A stretch of 64,000 nt of DNA from Isurus oxyrinchus (lineage: Eukaryota). How positions within the stretch are numbered: position 1 is the stretch's first letter; each line of letters starts with the position of its first letter. The translations under genes were made by a program, and so were the position numbers. Positions 1 through 12,794 of the stretch are shown here, piece after piece. Where the stretch lies: the NCBI GenBank assembly GCA_026770705.1, contig JANJGN010000021.1:90272001-90336000 (forward strand), written 5' to 3'. The notes below the pieces were generated by a model. It was given only the letters and a program-made list of their open reading frames with translations, searched no databases and was not told the DNA's origin.

Positions 1-725
1 GGCGCCACTGGCTAGGTGGGCATTATTATTGGCCATCCCGAATTTCCCTTCAGAAGGTAATGGTTTGCCAAATTCTTGAACCACTGCAGTCTGTCTAGTG
101 TATGTGCACCCACAGTGCTGTTATGAAGGGTATTCCAGGATTTAAACGGAGGGAAAGTGAAAGGAAAGCGATATAATTCTACCTCAGGATTGTTTATGGC
201 TTAGAGCAGAACTTGTATGTGGTAGTGTTCCCATGCATCTACTCCTCATGTCTTTATTGGTCACACAATTCACGGGTTTAGAATATGCTCGAAGGAGCCA
301 TGCTGAATTGTTGCAATTTATCTTGCATGTGGTAAACGGAACTATCAGGTGTGCATTACTGGTGGATGGAGTAGATGTTGAAGATGATCGATGGTTTGCA
401 AATCAGGCATTCTGCTTTGCCCTGGATGGCATCAAGCGTCTTGTGTATTGTTGGCGCTGCATTGATCCAGGCAACTCGAGGGTATTTCATCAATCTTCTG
501 GCTTGTGCATTGTAAATGGTGGACAGGAACTGGGGAGTCAGAATTCCCAGCCCCTGACATGCTCTTGCAGCTAAACTATTTACATGGTTGTTCCAGTTGA
601 GGCTCTTGTCAATGGTATGCCCACCATGTTGAGAGTGGAAGACACAGCGATGGTAATGGCGTTGAATGCCACCAAGAGTTGATTATATTTTGTGTTACAG
701 GAGATGATTATTGTCTCGCATTCAT
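1..725 (-). mobile_element. Decayed LINE (CR1-group, family B) 3' portion
   Basis: Reverse-complement similarity to the plus-strand copies at 2160-2820 and 39650-40400, which adjoin an RT-like region; many stops and indels. Confidence 0.7.
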
Positions 726-1289
726 GTGGTATGAAAATTAAATAAAATATTGAAATAATATCTTGATTGTTGAACAATTCCCAAAATTCTTCACATAGTT
801 AGATATCTAATTTCGCTTATTATGCTCTGGCCTAATGCAGGTCCTTAACAGATGCTTCATCTTTAGCAGTTTGCTTGGTAAATTATTTTTTCCACTGGTA
901 GTTTCCAATCTCCGGGGTTTCCTACCCCGGAGGTACCCCAAAAGATATGCTGGGAGATTCTTCGGAAGTTCCAAAGCAAGGACTGCACCGCAATTACCTG
1001 GGATTTTAAATTCCTGCATATCCAATGCTCTGAATTTTATTGGAATTCTAAGGCCTCTGTTTCCCGCGGGATCTTCCAGCCTCACGGAATTCAATGGGCT
1101 TTTAAATAGGATGCCACTTTTTCTGGCCCTGGCCCACCGCAATGGGGCTGTAAAATTTTGCACCAGATGTTTCTGAAGCCTTTAGCAGAATAGTTACCCA
1201 GGGAATTTTAGAAGGATTGAAACCTCTCCTAACTGCCAGTGAGCAATACTACTGACAATCACTGATCCACTGGCCGAAATTCTCAACTA

Positions 1290-2070
1290 CACCCCATCCA
1301 CCCTGACCAACCTTCCACGTGAACAAACCGCAGCAACCCACCCCCCTCCTCCCTGCCCACAGACATCCTCCTAACCTGGACGAGCCTCCCAGCACACACC
1401 GAACCCTATATCCCAACGTCATTGCTGTCAGCATATCCAACATATGTCTACGTTCTCACACTCCAGCTGCCCATCTAATCTGCTTGACATTACACCGGAC
1501 CAACTCTCAGCCCCCGACTCCTCTCGTGTCCCTCTGAGTGCCCCGCCACATGGATAAACCTTTCAATGCAACGTGTAATAATCAACCCACTCCTGACAAT
1601 GCTAATTACCAACTGGCCACCAAACAACAATGCAGGGACTCGGTAACCACTACGTCCTATCCAGGAAAGACTGCCCCATGCCTCCAAAGCATCTCCATGA
1701 TTTCCCAGTTCCGGCTACACTCCCAACCACCGACTGCCCTCCCAACGCCCCGACTGCCCCCAGCCCGGCAAATCTCATGATCACGTTTCTACCTTCTCGA
1801 ATTTGACACTACCAAACGATTTCACTTGTACCCACTCCCTGGCTAAACCCCCACATCACAATGACCGTCCCACCACTTGTATTAACCCACATACACCTTG
1901 ACTACCGCCCACCCATTACCGCTCCCCAACCTCCTACAGCCCTCAGAATGCCACGGACCAAGGCCCGAGCTCTGGCTACCTCAATGTTCTGAATGACCAT
2001 ACGACCCCCTCCCCCAATAAACCAAATGACCCACGGCACACACCCATCCTGCCCACTTGCCTTATATATT
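1290..2070. repeat. C/A-rich degenerate low-complexity tract
   Basis: Strong C skew with recurring CCCAC/CCGAC/CCCCA motifs; no clean periodicity. Confidence 0.5.
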
Positions 2071-2159
2071 TACCTTTTTCCTGGTTTCTCGAGGAACATT
2101 TAAACACAGGAACATTTAAACCTATCAGCAAGAATTACAGGAAATTAAGATAAATTCAT

Positions 2160-2820
2160 CAAACAAGATAAAATTGAACCATCCCCCGTTGACATTCAAC
2201 GACATTACCATCGCTGAAGCACCAACATCAGCATCTTGGATCTTAGCATTGAGCATAAACTAGACTGGACCAGCCATATAAATACTCTGGCTACTAAACC
2301 AGGTCAGGCTGAGGGCATTTTCCTACGATAATAACTTACACCTTGATTCCAAAAAGCCTGCCTACTTTCTGCACGGCACAAGTCATGAATGTGGTGGGAT
2401 ACACCCCATTCGCCTGAATGAATGCAGCTCCATCAGTAATAAAGTTTCTTGACACCATCGAGGGCAAAGCAGCAATCTGGGTTGGCACTGCATTCACCAT
2501 CTTACACATTATCTGCCACCAGTATCAATGCAGCAGTGTGTACCGCCTACAAGATGCACTGCAGAAACCCAGGGAGGCTCCTTCTACAGCACGTTGCAAT
2601 CCCATGATATCTACCAGCTAGAAAGACAAAGGCAACAGAGGCAGAGGAACGCCAGCGTGTGTACGTCGTCAGACGAGAATGAAATCACTGTTCACTGTTG
2701 CTGGTTGAAAATCCAGGAACTCCCTGCCTAAGTACACGGGGGGGGGGGGGGGGGGGGGTAACAATTTGCTACATGGACGGCAGCAATTAAGGGTAATTAG
2801 GGACGTGCAACAAATGCTGA
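2160..2820 (+). mobile_element. Decayed LINE family B 3' end, with a poly-G tract at 2738-2758
   Basis: Aligns by eye with 39650-40400 (cccgttgacattcaacgacattaccatcgctgaa vs gccccatgacattcaatgccattaccatcactgaa). Confidence 0.7.
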
Positions 2821-2886
2821 CTTGTGAAGCATGGAAATAACTGATATGCTGCTGCTGAAGTGCAAATGTATCCTCTTTTCTATTAG

Positions 2887-2920
2887 AAGTTGGAACACAT
2901 TAGCATGCTCAATCAGCAGG
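2887..2920 (+). CDS. Putative microexon, 34 nt, phase 0-1, KLEHISMLNQQ
   Basis: cctcttttctattAG|...CAGG|GTaaaa; splices in frame to the next exon. Confidence 0.5.
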
Positions 2921-3081
2921 GTAAAAAATTTAGTCCCATGATTTTCACGTCATTACCATATATATTTCTGTTGAAATGACTTCAATGCCTTTGGCAGTGT
3001 GACGTTATGCCAGATTGATGTTAACATCGCCAATCTAATTTAGCCGAGATTGAGAGCTTTTCAAAGAACATATTATTTCAG

Positions 3082-3090
3082 AAAGCAGCG
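3082..3090 (+). CDS. Putative microexon, 9 nt, phase 1-1, (E)SS
   Basis: tattatttcAG|AAAGCAGCG|GTaagg. Confidence 0.55.
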
Positions 3091-3351
3091 GTAAGGCCAG
3101 GTTTCACCATAATCTAAGCGAAGCTGATCAATGTAGCACTTTTAAGTGCTAAGATCCCCACACGTTTTGAACGTGGCAATCTATGATCATAAGTGGTTTG
3201 TTGATGGAAGACCTGAGTTTATGGGCGGCAGCTGGATTGAAAAATTCTGGATCATGATGCTCTCCAGTAAATTCATCTGAGAAAAGGCATTAATCAGGGA
3301 TATTTGTGATTTATTGATCATTGGATGGGAGCGTGAACATTTATTCTGCAG

Positions 3352-3368
3352 TGGAAAAAGACAGATGG
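3352..3368 (+). CDS. Putative microexon, 17 nt (one A short of an in-frame VEKRQM)
   Basis: atttattctgcAG|TGGAAAAAGACAGATGG|GTgagt; strong splice sites but frame-shifting as assembled. Confidence 0.5.
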
Positions 3369-3493
3369 GTGAGTGCTAATGCCAGCTTGGATTCCTGGAT
3401 CCAGAGGAGGCAGAGGGAGGCGGCCAACTAGATTTAAAAATGGAATTGGATGCAAATCATGTTCAGCCATATTTTGGCATTATTTTTCAACAG

Positions 3494-3520
3494 AAGACGA
3501 GCTGAAACGCAGAGACGTAG
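3494..3520 (+). CDS. Microexon, 27 nt, phase 1-1, (E)DELKRRDV
   Basis: tatttttcaacAG|...GTAG|GTaaga. Confidence 0.7.
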
Positions 3521-3703
3521 GTAAGAAAATATGCTTAAGGGAAGTAAACCCAGCCCCTTGATGCGCTTGAAATTAGAATTTGCTGATTCGATACAATTTT
3601 CTGCCGAGCTGTGCTTTGAGATCACACGAACAACAATAAGATTCCATACTAATATTAAGATTTGTTTAGATCGATTCTAATATTATCACTATTTTTACAT
3701 CAG

Positions 3704-3730
3704 AGCTGATAAAACACTTGCAAAATGATG
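3704..3730 (+). CDS. Microexon, 27 nt, phase 1-1, (E)LIKHLQND
   Basis: atttttacatcAG|...GATG|GTgagt. Confidence 0.7.
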
Positions 3731-4272
3731 GTGAGTAACGAAATAAAAGCCATAAAACCAACGGGTTACAACGTGAGATGCATCCTACACCATCTTGTAA
3801 TTTAGGAACGGGTGCATTTTGTGTCGAATTCATCATGGGATACTGCACCCAGCATCACCGTTGAATTTGTGAGGGTACCGTGCTTTGCGTGTTAAGCAAC
3901 GCTATAATGTTGAGAATTGGAATTTGAATATTACAAGTGGTACTGGAGGCAATAATTGCAGTTATTAATGGGGTGATAGGGAAGCTGAAGCCAATTTTGC
4001 ATTCCTGTCGAGTATTATTTCAGTTGGGTATCGTGCATGTCAAAATAATATGCATGTATTTGCTTATGTACTTCTTGAAAGCTAACTGGCAATGAAACAA
4101 ATCATGCACGGACAACATTGAGTATTGAGCTGTATCTACAATATTACCTTGGAAGTGAGGGGTGTGACATGGGAGGGGAGGGGAGGGCTTCGTGTGCATT
4201 TCAGGCAAGGAGGTGGATATAAACTTGAGCTGCAGTTTTGAAGACTATTATTTCAACATTATGTAATTTCAG

Positions 4273-4299
4273 AAGAGAAGATGCGTAAATTGAAAGAAG
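4273..4299 (+). CDS. Microexon, 27 nt, phase 1-1, (E)EKMRKLKE
   Basis: taatttcAG|...GAAG|GTaaaa. Confidence 0.65.
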
Positions 4300-4609
4300 G
4301 TAAAACGTAAATTCACTATTAGTTGAAACAGTGTTGCTAACGTGCACATAGAAATGAACAAAAATGGAAAAGCAACTGCTGGGAATTTTCCACATAGAAG
4401 GGTGTATTATACGAGAGACAAACTTTGTTAATATTTGAGGTCCAAGAGCTTACATGAAAGACCTCCACAGACTTTGCCTGAGTGTTCAGATATTCAGCTG
4501 CCTGATTATTTTGTTTTCCTAACATGTATGGTTGATAATTGAATGAGTTGACACGTAAATATACATACTGAAATCAGTGAAATATGTGGATAAGCCTTGA
4601 CTTTGTCAG

Positions 4610-4621
4610 ATGCTGTAAATC
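4610..4621 (+). CDS. Putative microexon, 12 nt, phase 1-1, (D)AVN
   Basis: ccttgactttgtcAG|ATGCTGTAAATC|GTatga. Confidence 0.35.
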
Positions 4622-5422
4622 GTATGAAGGCAAATCACAGCCTGTTGCATATGGTCCACATTGCAGCGTAATGAAGACTTAAAGGAGATACAAATAGCAC
4701 AACATTCTGAGCATCACCAACGCCCGGGGCTTCCCTACTGAATGAATTTCACCAAACTGCCAGCGAAATGATGCCCCAAATATTCGACTACATATTCGGC
4801 GACTCTTGTACCTACCTGAAATTAATTTCTAAACTCAGTTGCTTTTTGAATTGCTTTAAACTATTTCTCTTTGGTAGTAACTATTGTTATGTCTTTTAAA
4901 GAGAAAATGTTTCTCAATTAGATGAAAAAATATCTGCCTCTTCCATGAGCCCGATGAAACAGATCACATAGCAAACTGAACTGCAGATAGACAGTTTCCT
5001 GCTTTGAACGGTAATACATGAAAATTGTAAACTCTTATTTAATTGACACAAGCTAAATTACTCTCATTACCATGCTCTTTTGCGAGCTTTAGTTGAATTT
5101 TAAAATAAAATTTAAACAAAACAAATAAACCAACAGGGGTTAACACACAAAGTAGTTTTATTAAAAGCAGCAAATGCGGGAAAAAACTCAACCGATCCGT
5201 GAGCATCTGTGGAGAGAGAAACATAGTTACCGCTTCGAGTCTGTTTAACTCTTTAGCGCTTTTCAGCCCTTTTCTGTTTTTATTTCAGAGTTACAGCACC
5301 CACAGTATTTTACTTTTATCATAGAGTAGTTAAATGGTTGAATATTGATAACACTGCAATGAGTTGTAACCCGTATTTCTATTAATATTATTAGAAACAT
5401 TCCACATCTCTTATTTTCTTAG

Positions 5423-5458
5423 AACATGGCACGTTACAAACCATTAGTAAAGATCTTG
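5423..5458 (+). CDS. Microexon, 36 nt, phase 1-1, (E/Q)HGTLQTISKDL
   Basis: tctcttattttcttAG|...CTTG|GTaaga. Confidence 0.65.
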
Positions 5459-5689
5459 GTAAGAATATTAATGCTGATGTGCAATGCATGCGGTCAACAT
5501 CATTATTCAGCTTTATTGTTCTACTTTCTGACGCAATCTGTCAAGCAATCGTGCAATGCTCAGGCTTCATTTAGTTTTGCTTCGACAGGCTCAGTTTATT
5601 GATAAGTAATAAGAAAATAAGAAACACTCAGCTAAAACATTAAAACCTGCTGAGAAAATACAGATATGTAACTAGTTAGATAAGTCATG

Positions 5690-8600
5690 ACACGAGCAGA
5701 CAGTAGGGAAGGAACCTCAGACTTTGCAATTGACAAACAGGTTTGAAGTGCTCACAACCTGTGTGGATTAAAGTGAAGTCTGCAAGATGGATACGCTTCC
5801 TGGCCATTGCACTGTGGCACATGGAGCCATTCACGCAGGGGGAGCAAAAACAAATGCAGTGGCAGTAGGGGATAGTATAGTTCTCTTCAACAAAGAGCGA
5901 GAGTGCAGACTGCTATGTTGCCTGCCTGATGCCAGGCTTAAGGACATCTAATCAGGGCTGCAGAGGAACATGCTGTGGGAAGGGGACCATCCATTTGTCG
6001 TCGTTGATGAAGGTACCAATGACATAGGTAGAACTAGAAAAGAGGTCCTGCAAAGTCAGTATTATGAGCTAGGTACCGAATTAAGAAACAGAACGTCAAA
6101 GGTAATAACCTCTGGAAGCAATCATAGCAAAGTAAATGAATTGATGATCCATATTTAAGTAAATATACATGACCTGATAGCAATTAGGAGCATGTGGCTG
6201 CAGGACGACACATTTTGGGTCCTTATTATTGAAGGGTACATATATCTATGTAAAGGTGGAGGGATAGCACTGTTAATCAAAGAGGGCAGTGGTGTAATAG
6301 TGAGAGATGACAATGGTTCAGGAGATCAGGATGTCTAATTGGTTTGGGTGGAGAAAGGAATAATAGGGGAAATTCAATGGTGGGAGTGGTCTACAGGCCC
6401 CCTAACAATCGCCACAGTGTAGGACAAAGTATTCAAGAGAAAATATTTTGTGATTGTGATAAAGGGACGTCAATAATCATGGGTGATTTTAATCTACGCA
6501 AAAACTGGAAAAAATGTATTGGCAGTAGAAGCCTGGATGAGGTGTTCCTAGAATGCCTTTGATACATTTTCTTAGCGCAGCATGTTCTGGAGCCAAACAG
6601 AGAGCGAGATATATTAGATTTGGCATTGTGTGACGTAACAGGGTTAATTCCTCAGAGTAAAGGCACCCCAAGGCTGCAGTGGCCACAATATGATTGAATT
6701 TTACATCAAATTTGAAAGGGAGAAGACAGGTTCTAAGAGCAGAATCTTAAACTTAAATAGGGGAAATTATTTTGGGATGAAAGCTGCGCTAGCTAAAGTG
6801 AACTTGGAAAGTGGGCTAAAGTATATGTTAAGAGAGAAACCGTGGCAGCCATTTAAGGGGATATTTCAAACTATTCAGAATAATTTTATTCAAACTAAAA
6901 AGAAACATTCCAAAGGGAGTACCCACCATCCGTGGTAAACAAGAGATTTTAAGGAAAGCATCAAACTTAAGGAAAAAGCATACAACTTTGCAAAAATGAG
7001 TGACAGGCAGATGATTGGACAGAATGTAAAAATGGCAGAGAATGACTAAAAGGTTAATTAATAGAAAAAAGTTAGAGAATGAGAAGAAGCTAGCAAGAAA
7101 GTAAAAACGGAGAGCACGAGTGTGTACAGGTGTTTGAAAAGGAAAAGATTATGTCAAGTAAGTGTTGGTCCTCTAAAGGGAGACTGAGGGGAGTTAATAG
7201 CAGACGATAAGGGAGTGGCAGAAGAAATGAACAATTATATTGTTTCTGTGTTCACTATAGAGGATACAAAAACATGCCACTAATAGCTGCCAATCGGGAG
7301 GTGGTTGGGAGTTTGAAATTTGGTGAAATTGAAATCTGCAGGGAAACGGCACTGAGCAAATTGTTGGAACTGCAGGCTGGTAAATCTCTGGATCCCGAGG
7401 TTCTTAAAAGAGGTGGCTAATGAGATAGCCGATGTGCTGCAGTTAATTTTCCAAAATTTGCTAGATTTTGGAAAGGTTCCATCAGATTGGCAAGCGGCAT
7501 TAAAGAAGGACTGGATCTAGAAAGCAGGAAACTGTAGACTAGTTAGCTTGACCTCTATTGTGGGGATTTTATACCAATCGATCATTAAGGAGTTTATGGC
7601 TGTGCACTTAGCAGAGTACAAAGCAATTAGGAAGAGTCAGAATTATTTTTTGAAAGTAAAATCACGTTTAACCAATTTATTGGGGTGTTTTGAAAGTCTA
7701 ACATGGGCAGTGGATAAAGGGGAGAATGTAGACCTAATGTACTTGGATTTCCAGATGGCATTTGGTAAGGTGCCACATCAAATATTATTTTGGAAAATAA
7801 AAGCGCATGGGTGTAGTGGGTAAAATGTTAGCATGCATAGAAAACCAGCTAGCTGGCAGAAAGCAGAGAGTATGCATGAATGTGTTTTTTTCTGATTGGA
7901 AGGATGTGACGAATGGTGTCCCACAGTGTTCTTTACTGGGGCCTCGACTTTTTAATATTTACTTCAATGATTTAGATGAGGGAGTGGAGATATAGTAGCT
8001 AAATTTTCAGATGACACACATATATCTAGGAAGATATGCTGTGAAGGGGACATGCAGAGGTTGTAGATGGATATAGATAGATTGAGTGAGCGGGCAAACA
8101 TCTTGCAAATGGAGTTTAAGGTGAGAATATGTGAAGTTGTTCACTTTGACAGAAAGACACAAAAAATAATATTACTTAAAAGAACAGCTGCATAATCCTG
8201 GGTTGCAGTGATCTAGATCTTCTACAACAGGAGTCACAAAAATAGAGTCTGCAGGTAGAGCAAATGAATACGAAAGCTAATGGAATGATATCCTATATTA
8301 CAGGAGGGATTATACACAATAGTAAGGAAGCTATGATTCAGTGATATAGGGCAGAGGTGAGACCGCAACTCAAATACCGTGTGCAGTTTTGGTCTCCTTA
8401 TTTAAGGAAGGAAGTAAATGCATTGGAGGCGGTTCAAAGGATGTTTAGTAGATTTATACCTGGAATTATCGTGTTGGTTTATAAGGAGAGGATGGACAGG
8501 CTGGGATTATTCCCACTGGAGTGATTTGATTGAAGTATGCAAGGCCGTGATTGGCCTTGACAAGGTGGAAGTCAGAAGGATGTTTCCTCTTGTTGGTTAC

Positions 8601-8905
8601 TCCAGAACTAGCGGGTACTGTTTTAAAATTAGCGCTCGCCCTCTTAGGACAGAGTTGAGGAGAAATTTTATCTCTCCAAGGGTTGTACGACTTTGGAGTT
8701 CGCTGCCTCTGAAGGTGGTGGAGACGGGGTCAAAAAATATTTTCAAGGCAGAGATTCTTATTTTCGCAAGGGATTCAAAGGTTATCGGGTTGAGATGGAA
8801 GTGTGGAAATCGAAACAGAAGAAGATCAGCCTTGATCTTATTAATTGGCGGAGCCGGCTCGAGGGGCCGAAATGTGTACTGCTGATCCTTTTTCTTATGT
8901 TCTTA
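5690..8905 (+). mobile_element. Near full-length degenerate CR1 LINE: ORF1 esterase-like end, ORF2 endonuclease and RT, 3' UTR
   Basis: Fragments GTNDIGR (ORF1), VGVVYRPP and IIMGDFN (endonuclease), YLDFQMAFGKVPH and [10 protein letters not shown] (RT), C-terminal RRNFISPRVVRLWSSLP; many stops and frameshifts. Confidence 0.92.
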
Positions 8906-9054
8906 TGTTCAGGGAACAGCAAACTACTGTTCATTCGAAATCTAGATTAGCTGCCCGTAAATATCTTATTGAAGACGCTTTAGCCAGTTGCAAATGCATG
9001 AAACCAGCATCCACTTCTTGCACATTTGATTCAAAACTCCTCTGCTCATTATAG

Positions 9055-9075
9055 TTTCCCAGATTAGTTACCCAG
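9055..9075 (+). CDS. Putative microexon, 21 nt, phase 1-1, (V)SQISYP
   Basis: ctctgctcattatAG|...CCAG|GTatcc. Confidence 0.4.
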
Positions 9076-9248
9076 GTATCCGGGGGAATATGTCAGTAAA
9101 TGAATAATTGCTTTATTTAGGATATTAACAGTTTTAGTTGGACACCAGGGTCATTGGCTCAGCACGAACACATAGATATGCAAGCTATTTTAAAATGAAG
9201 GATGCAATTTACCATCACTAATTTGAATTATGTTTTTTTTTCTGAAAG

Positions 9249-9275
9249 AACGACTGTTGCGTTTAAAAGATGCAG
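9249..9275 (+). CDS. Microexon, 27 nt, phase 1-1, (E)RLLRLKDA
   Basis: ttttttctgaaAG|...GCAG|GTaatg. Confidence 0.65.
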
Positions 9276-9349
9276 GTAATGCATATTACATTAATACGTT
9301 ATGGTACAATTCTAACGTAAGAGAAAGTCTGGTCTTGCCAATTTGAACT

Positions 9350-9670
9350 GCACAGAATCACACAGTGCAGAAGAGTCGCTTGGCCCATCGAGTTTGCAGC
9401 AACACGTGAGAATCACCTCAACTACCTACCTAATCCCATTTACCAGCACGTAGCCCATAGTCTTGAATGTTATGACGTGGCAACTGCTCATCCAGGTACA
9501 TTTTAAAGGATGTGAGGCAACCCGCCTCCACCAACATCCAAGGAAGTATATTCCAGGCCGTCACCACCCTCAGGGTAAAAACGTTTTTCCTCACATTCCC
9601 CCTAAACCTCCTGTCTTTCAATTTGAAATTATGTTACCTTGTGACTGCCCCTTCAACTAAGGGGAACTAA
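9350..9670 (-). mobile_element. CR1 LINE 3' end fragment
   Basis: Minus-strand peptide RRFRGNVRKNVFTLRVVTAWNILP, typical of the CR1 ORF2 C-terminus. Confidence 0.85.
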
Positions 9671-10005
9671 AACTACCCAAGTCTATCCAACCTTTGGCAT
9701 AAAAATAAAAGATCGTGAAATAAACCATGATATTACACCACAAATAGTGGACCTTTAACAGGATGTTTCAGGTGAGGAATTTTCAAGCAACACGATACGC
9801 CTAACCACATAAAATAATGCAAGGTATCTAACCCAGTGTTTTATGAAGCGCAACAGAGGAGGAATTAGAAACGGCTATATTTGGAAGAAATCATTATAGA
9901 GTCTAGCTTCTTCACAGCTGAAAGGAAACATGCCAATGGGTGATTCAAACCACGGACACACATAGTACCCAGAACTTGAGCTGCAGCTATTTTCGTGGTT
10001 TATAG

Positions 10006-10017
10006 AGCTGAATAAAA
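10006..10017 (+). CDS. Putative microexon, 12 nt, phase 1-1, (E)LNK
   Basis: ttttcgtggtttatAG|AGCTGAATAAAA|GTgagt. Confidence 0.55.
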
Positions 10018-10485
10018 GTGAGTATTTTAATGAAGTTTGTGAAGTTAGCGCATCAGCAGCCGATTTTTGGTGAATCTCAAATTGGAAGTGCAAGATGGGA
10101 AGCGCACTAGGACACCACTGTAACGATTTGTGCCTTTAACCATGCAAAGACCCATGGAATCCCTGATTTTTCAAGTGAACAATTCCTTCCATTGCTGTTT
10201 GCACTGTACATTTCGAACTGGTCTCATTCATGATCTAGGCATTCAGAACCAATAACAACTTTTAACTTCAGAATGTGCCAGAGTGATTTCAGTATGGATC
10301 ACTTCAAGATTGCCGGACGGGGGCTATCAAATCTTCCAGTTCGTTTGTTGGGGTTTATACATTTTTGACATAAAAAAATGAATACCTTTAGCACCATCAG
10401 AACACGGGTGAAGTGATTTGCTGTACCCCCAATGGAATTAGTTTTATATCCAAATATCCAGCATCTTTCTTGTTTAAGCAGATGG

Positions 10486-10582
10486 GTAGATAGATAGATG
10501 GATGTTTGGATATATAGAAATATATAGATAGATAGATAAATAGATAGACAGACAGATAGATAGATAGATATATTGATTGATA
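10486..10582. repeat. Imperfect (GATA/GACA)n microsatellite
   Basis: Direct reading of tandem gata/gaca units. Confidence 0.85.
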
Positions 10583-11628
10583 GCAATAAAAAAACAAGCG
10601 AACGTGCATATAAATAAATACACAAAATCAAACAAACAAACAGACAGGAAATAAAAGGTAGCTGAAGAAATAATAAGCGAATTAATGTTTTGAAGTATTA
10701 TTTGCTTTGTGCTTCATGAGGAGAAAATTGAATAGAACAGGAAGAGGCATAACTTGTGTGATAACACGGACAATTCCAGAATCCAATCCCCAAGTTTCTG
10801 TGATCGAGACTACTGCATTCTGAATAGAGGACAGATTTTGTACAAATCATTAAATGTCAGAAATATTCAGAAAGTCACGCAGCCATTGAGCATGAAGTGA
10901 GTTAACGGTTGTGGTTAATTTCTTTTACACGAACCCTAACTCCAACCCTTTATTACAGGTTTGCAACATCCACAAATTTCGCTTTTGAACATATTCTTCA
11001 TTTTAAATGTCCCATATGATAACTTAATTCAAAATTATGCGCATTTAATTGCAATTTCAAAATGGTATGTGTTAATTGTACGTTTGGTACAGAGAATGAA
11101 GAACTTCGGAAGCTTGGCAGTAAGTATCAATTCTTATCGAATAATGTTGTTGCTTCTCTCAGTCTTATTTTTCCATAGGATACTCAAAGTTGAACGACTA
11201 TTGCATTAGATTTTTTTCCCAATTGTTAGGTATTGTTAGACCTCAAGTTATGCAATGTGTGATACAATGACTTATTGCTGACAAACGGGAAATGTTGCTG
11301 AATCTTCTCATTTTTGGCTAATTAAGACAGACACAAAAAGGCCAAATTACAAAAGGAGCAACAATTTGTGTTGCACTAGAAATGGGTGCTGATTGATTGG
11401 CAAAAAGAGCCTGATTGGTCGAGGCATTGCTACGGAGAATACACTGGGGAACTCCTGCCGCCCAACCCCCACCGCAAGCTGTTGTTTAACCAAGAACAAC
11501 ACAATTCCTGAACAAAGAGATAAAAACAAAAACAAAATACTGCGGATGCTGGAAATCCAAAACAAAAACAAAAACAGAATTACCTGGAAAAACTCAGCAG
11601 GTCTGGCAGCATCGGTGGAGAAGAAAAG

Positions 11629-11667
11629 AGTTGACATTTCGAGTCCTCATGACCCTTCGACAGAACT
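11629..11667 (-). ncRNA. Minimal type-I hammerhead-ribozyme-like motif in the Penelope-like terminus
   Basis: Minus strand reads AGTT-CTGTCGA-A-GGGTC-atgag-GACTC-GAAA-TGTC-AACT: stems I and II form, but the core is CUGUNGA rather than CUGANGA. Confidence 0.55.
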
Positions 11668-12794
11668 AGGTGAATCCAAGGAAGGGGTGAAATATAAGCC
11701 AGTTTAAGGTGGTGGGTGGGTGGTGGGGGGGGGGGGGGGGGGGTTGGTGGTTTGGGTGGGGGCAGAGAAGTGGAGGTGGGTGGTGTGGTTGTAGGGACAA
11801 ACAAGCAGTGATAGAAGCAGATCATCAAAAGATGTCACAGACAACAGAACAAAAGAACACATAGGTGTCGAAGTTGATGATATTATCTAAACGAATGTGC
11901 TATTTAAGAATAGTCGGTAGGGCACTCAAGGTATAGCTCTAGTGGAGGTGGAGAGTGCATAAAAGATTTAAAAATATTTAAAAATAATGGAAATAGGTGG
12001 GAAAAGAAAAACCTATATAAATTATTGGAAAAAAACAAAAGGAAGGGGGAAGAAACAGAAAGGGGGTTTCAAGTGAAGCAACATTTCACTTGCATTTCCC
12101 CCAACTTAGTCTACTGCATTCGTTGCTCCTAATGTGGTCTCCTCTACACTTGGGAGACCAAACGTAAACTGGGCGACCGCTTTGCAGAACACCTGCGGTC
12201 TGTCTGCAAGAATGACCCAAACCTCCCTGTCGCTTGCCATTTCAACACTCCACCCTGCTCTCTTGCCCACGTGTCTGTCCTTGGCTTGCTGCACTGTTGC
12301 AGTGAAGCCCAGCAGAAACTGGAGGAACAACACCTCATCTTCTGACTAGGCACTTTACAGCGTTCCGGACTGAATATTGAATTCAACAACTTTAGGTCTT
12401 GTCCTCCCTCCTCCAACCCCACCCCCTTTCTGTTTCTTCCCCCTTCCTTATGTTTTTTTTCAATAAATTATATAGATTTTTCTTTTTCCTACCTATTTCC
12501 ATTATTTTTAAATATTTTTAAATCGTTTATGCTCCCTCCACCCCCACTAGAGCTGTACGTTGAGTGCCCTACCATCCATTCTTAATTAGCACATTCGTTT
12601 AGATAATATCACCAAATTCGACAACTATGTGTTTTTTTTTTCTGTTCTCTGTGACATCTTTTGATGATCTGCTTCTACCACTGCTTGTTTGTCCCTACAA
12701 CCACACCACCCCCCTCCATTTCTCTCACCCCACCCAACCCCGCCCCCGCCCCACCTTAAACCAGCTTATATTTCACCCCTTCCTTGGATTCACC

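Noticed and set aside
2738-2758. Long G/C homopolymers (also about 11724-11743, 23292-23317 and 42387-42407) as functional G-quadruplexes
   Set aside because: All lie within repeats, the 42387 run is not conserved in paralogous units, and lengths may be slippage or sequencing artefacts.
9875-10093. SGYYVC in a minus-strand ORF as an Ig V-domain F strand
   Set aside because: No upstream Cys/Trp framework; it overlaps a plus-strand microexon in antisense.
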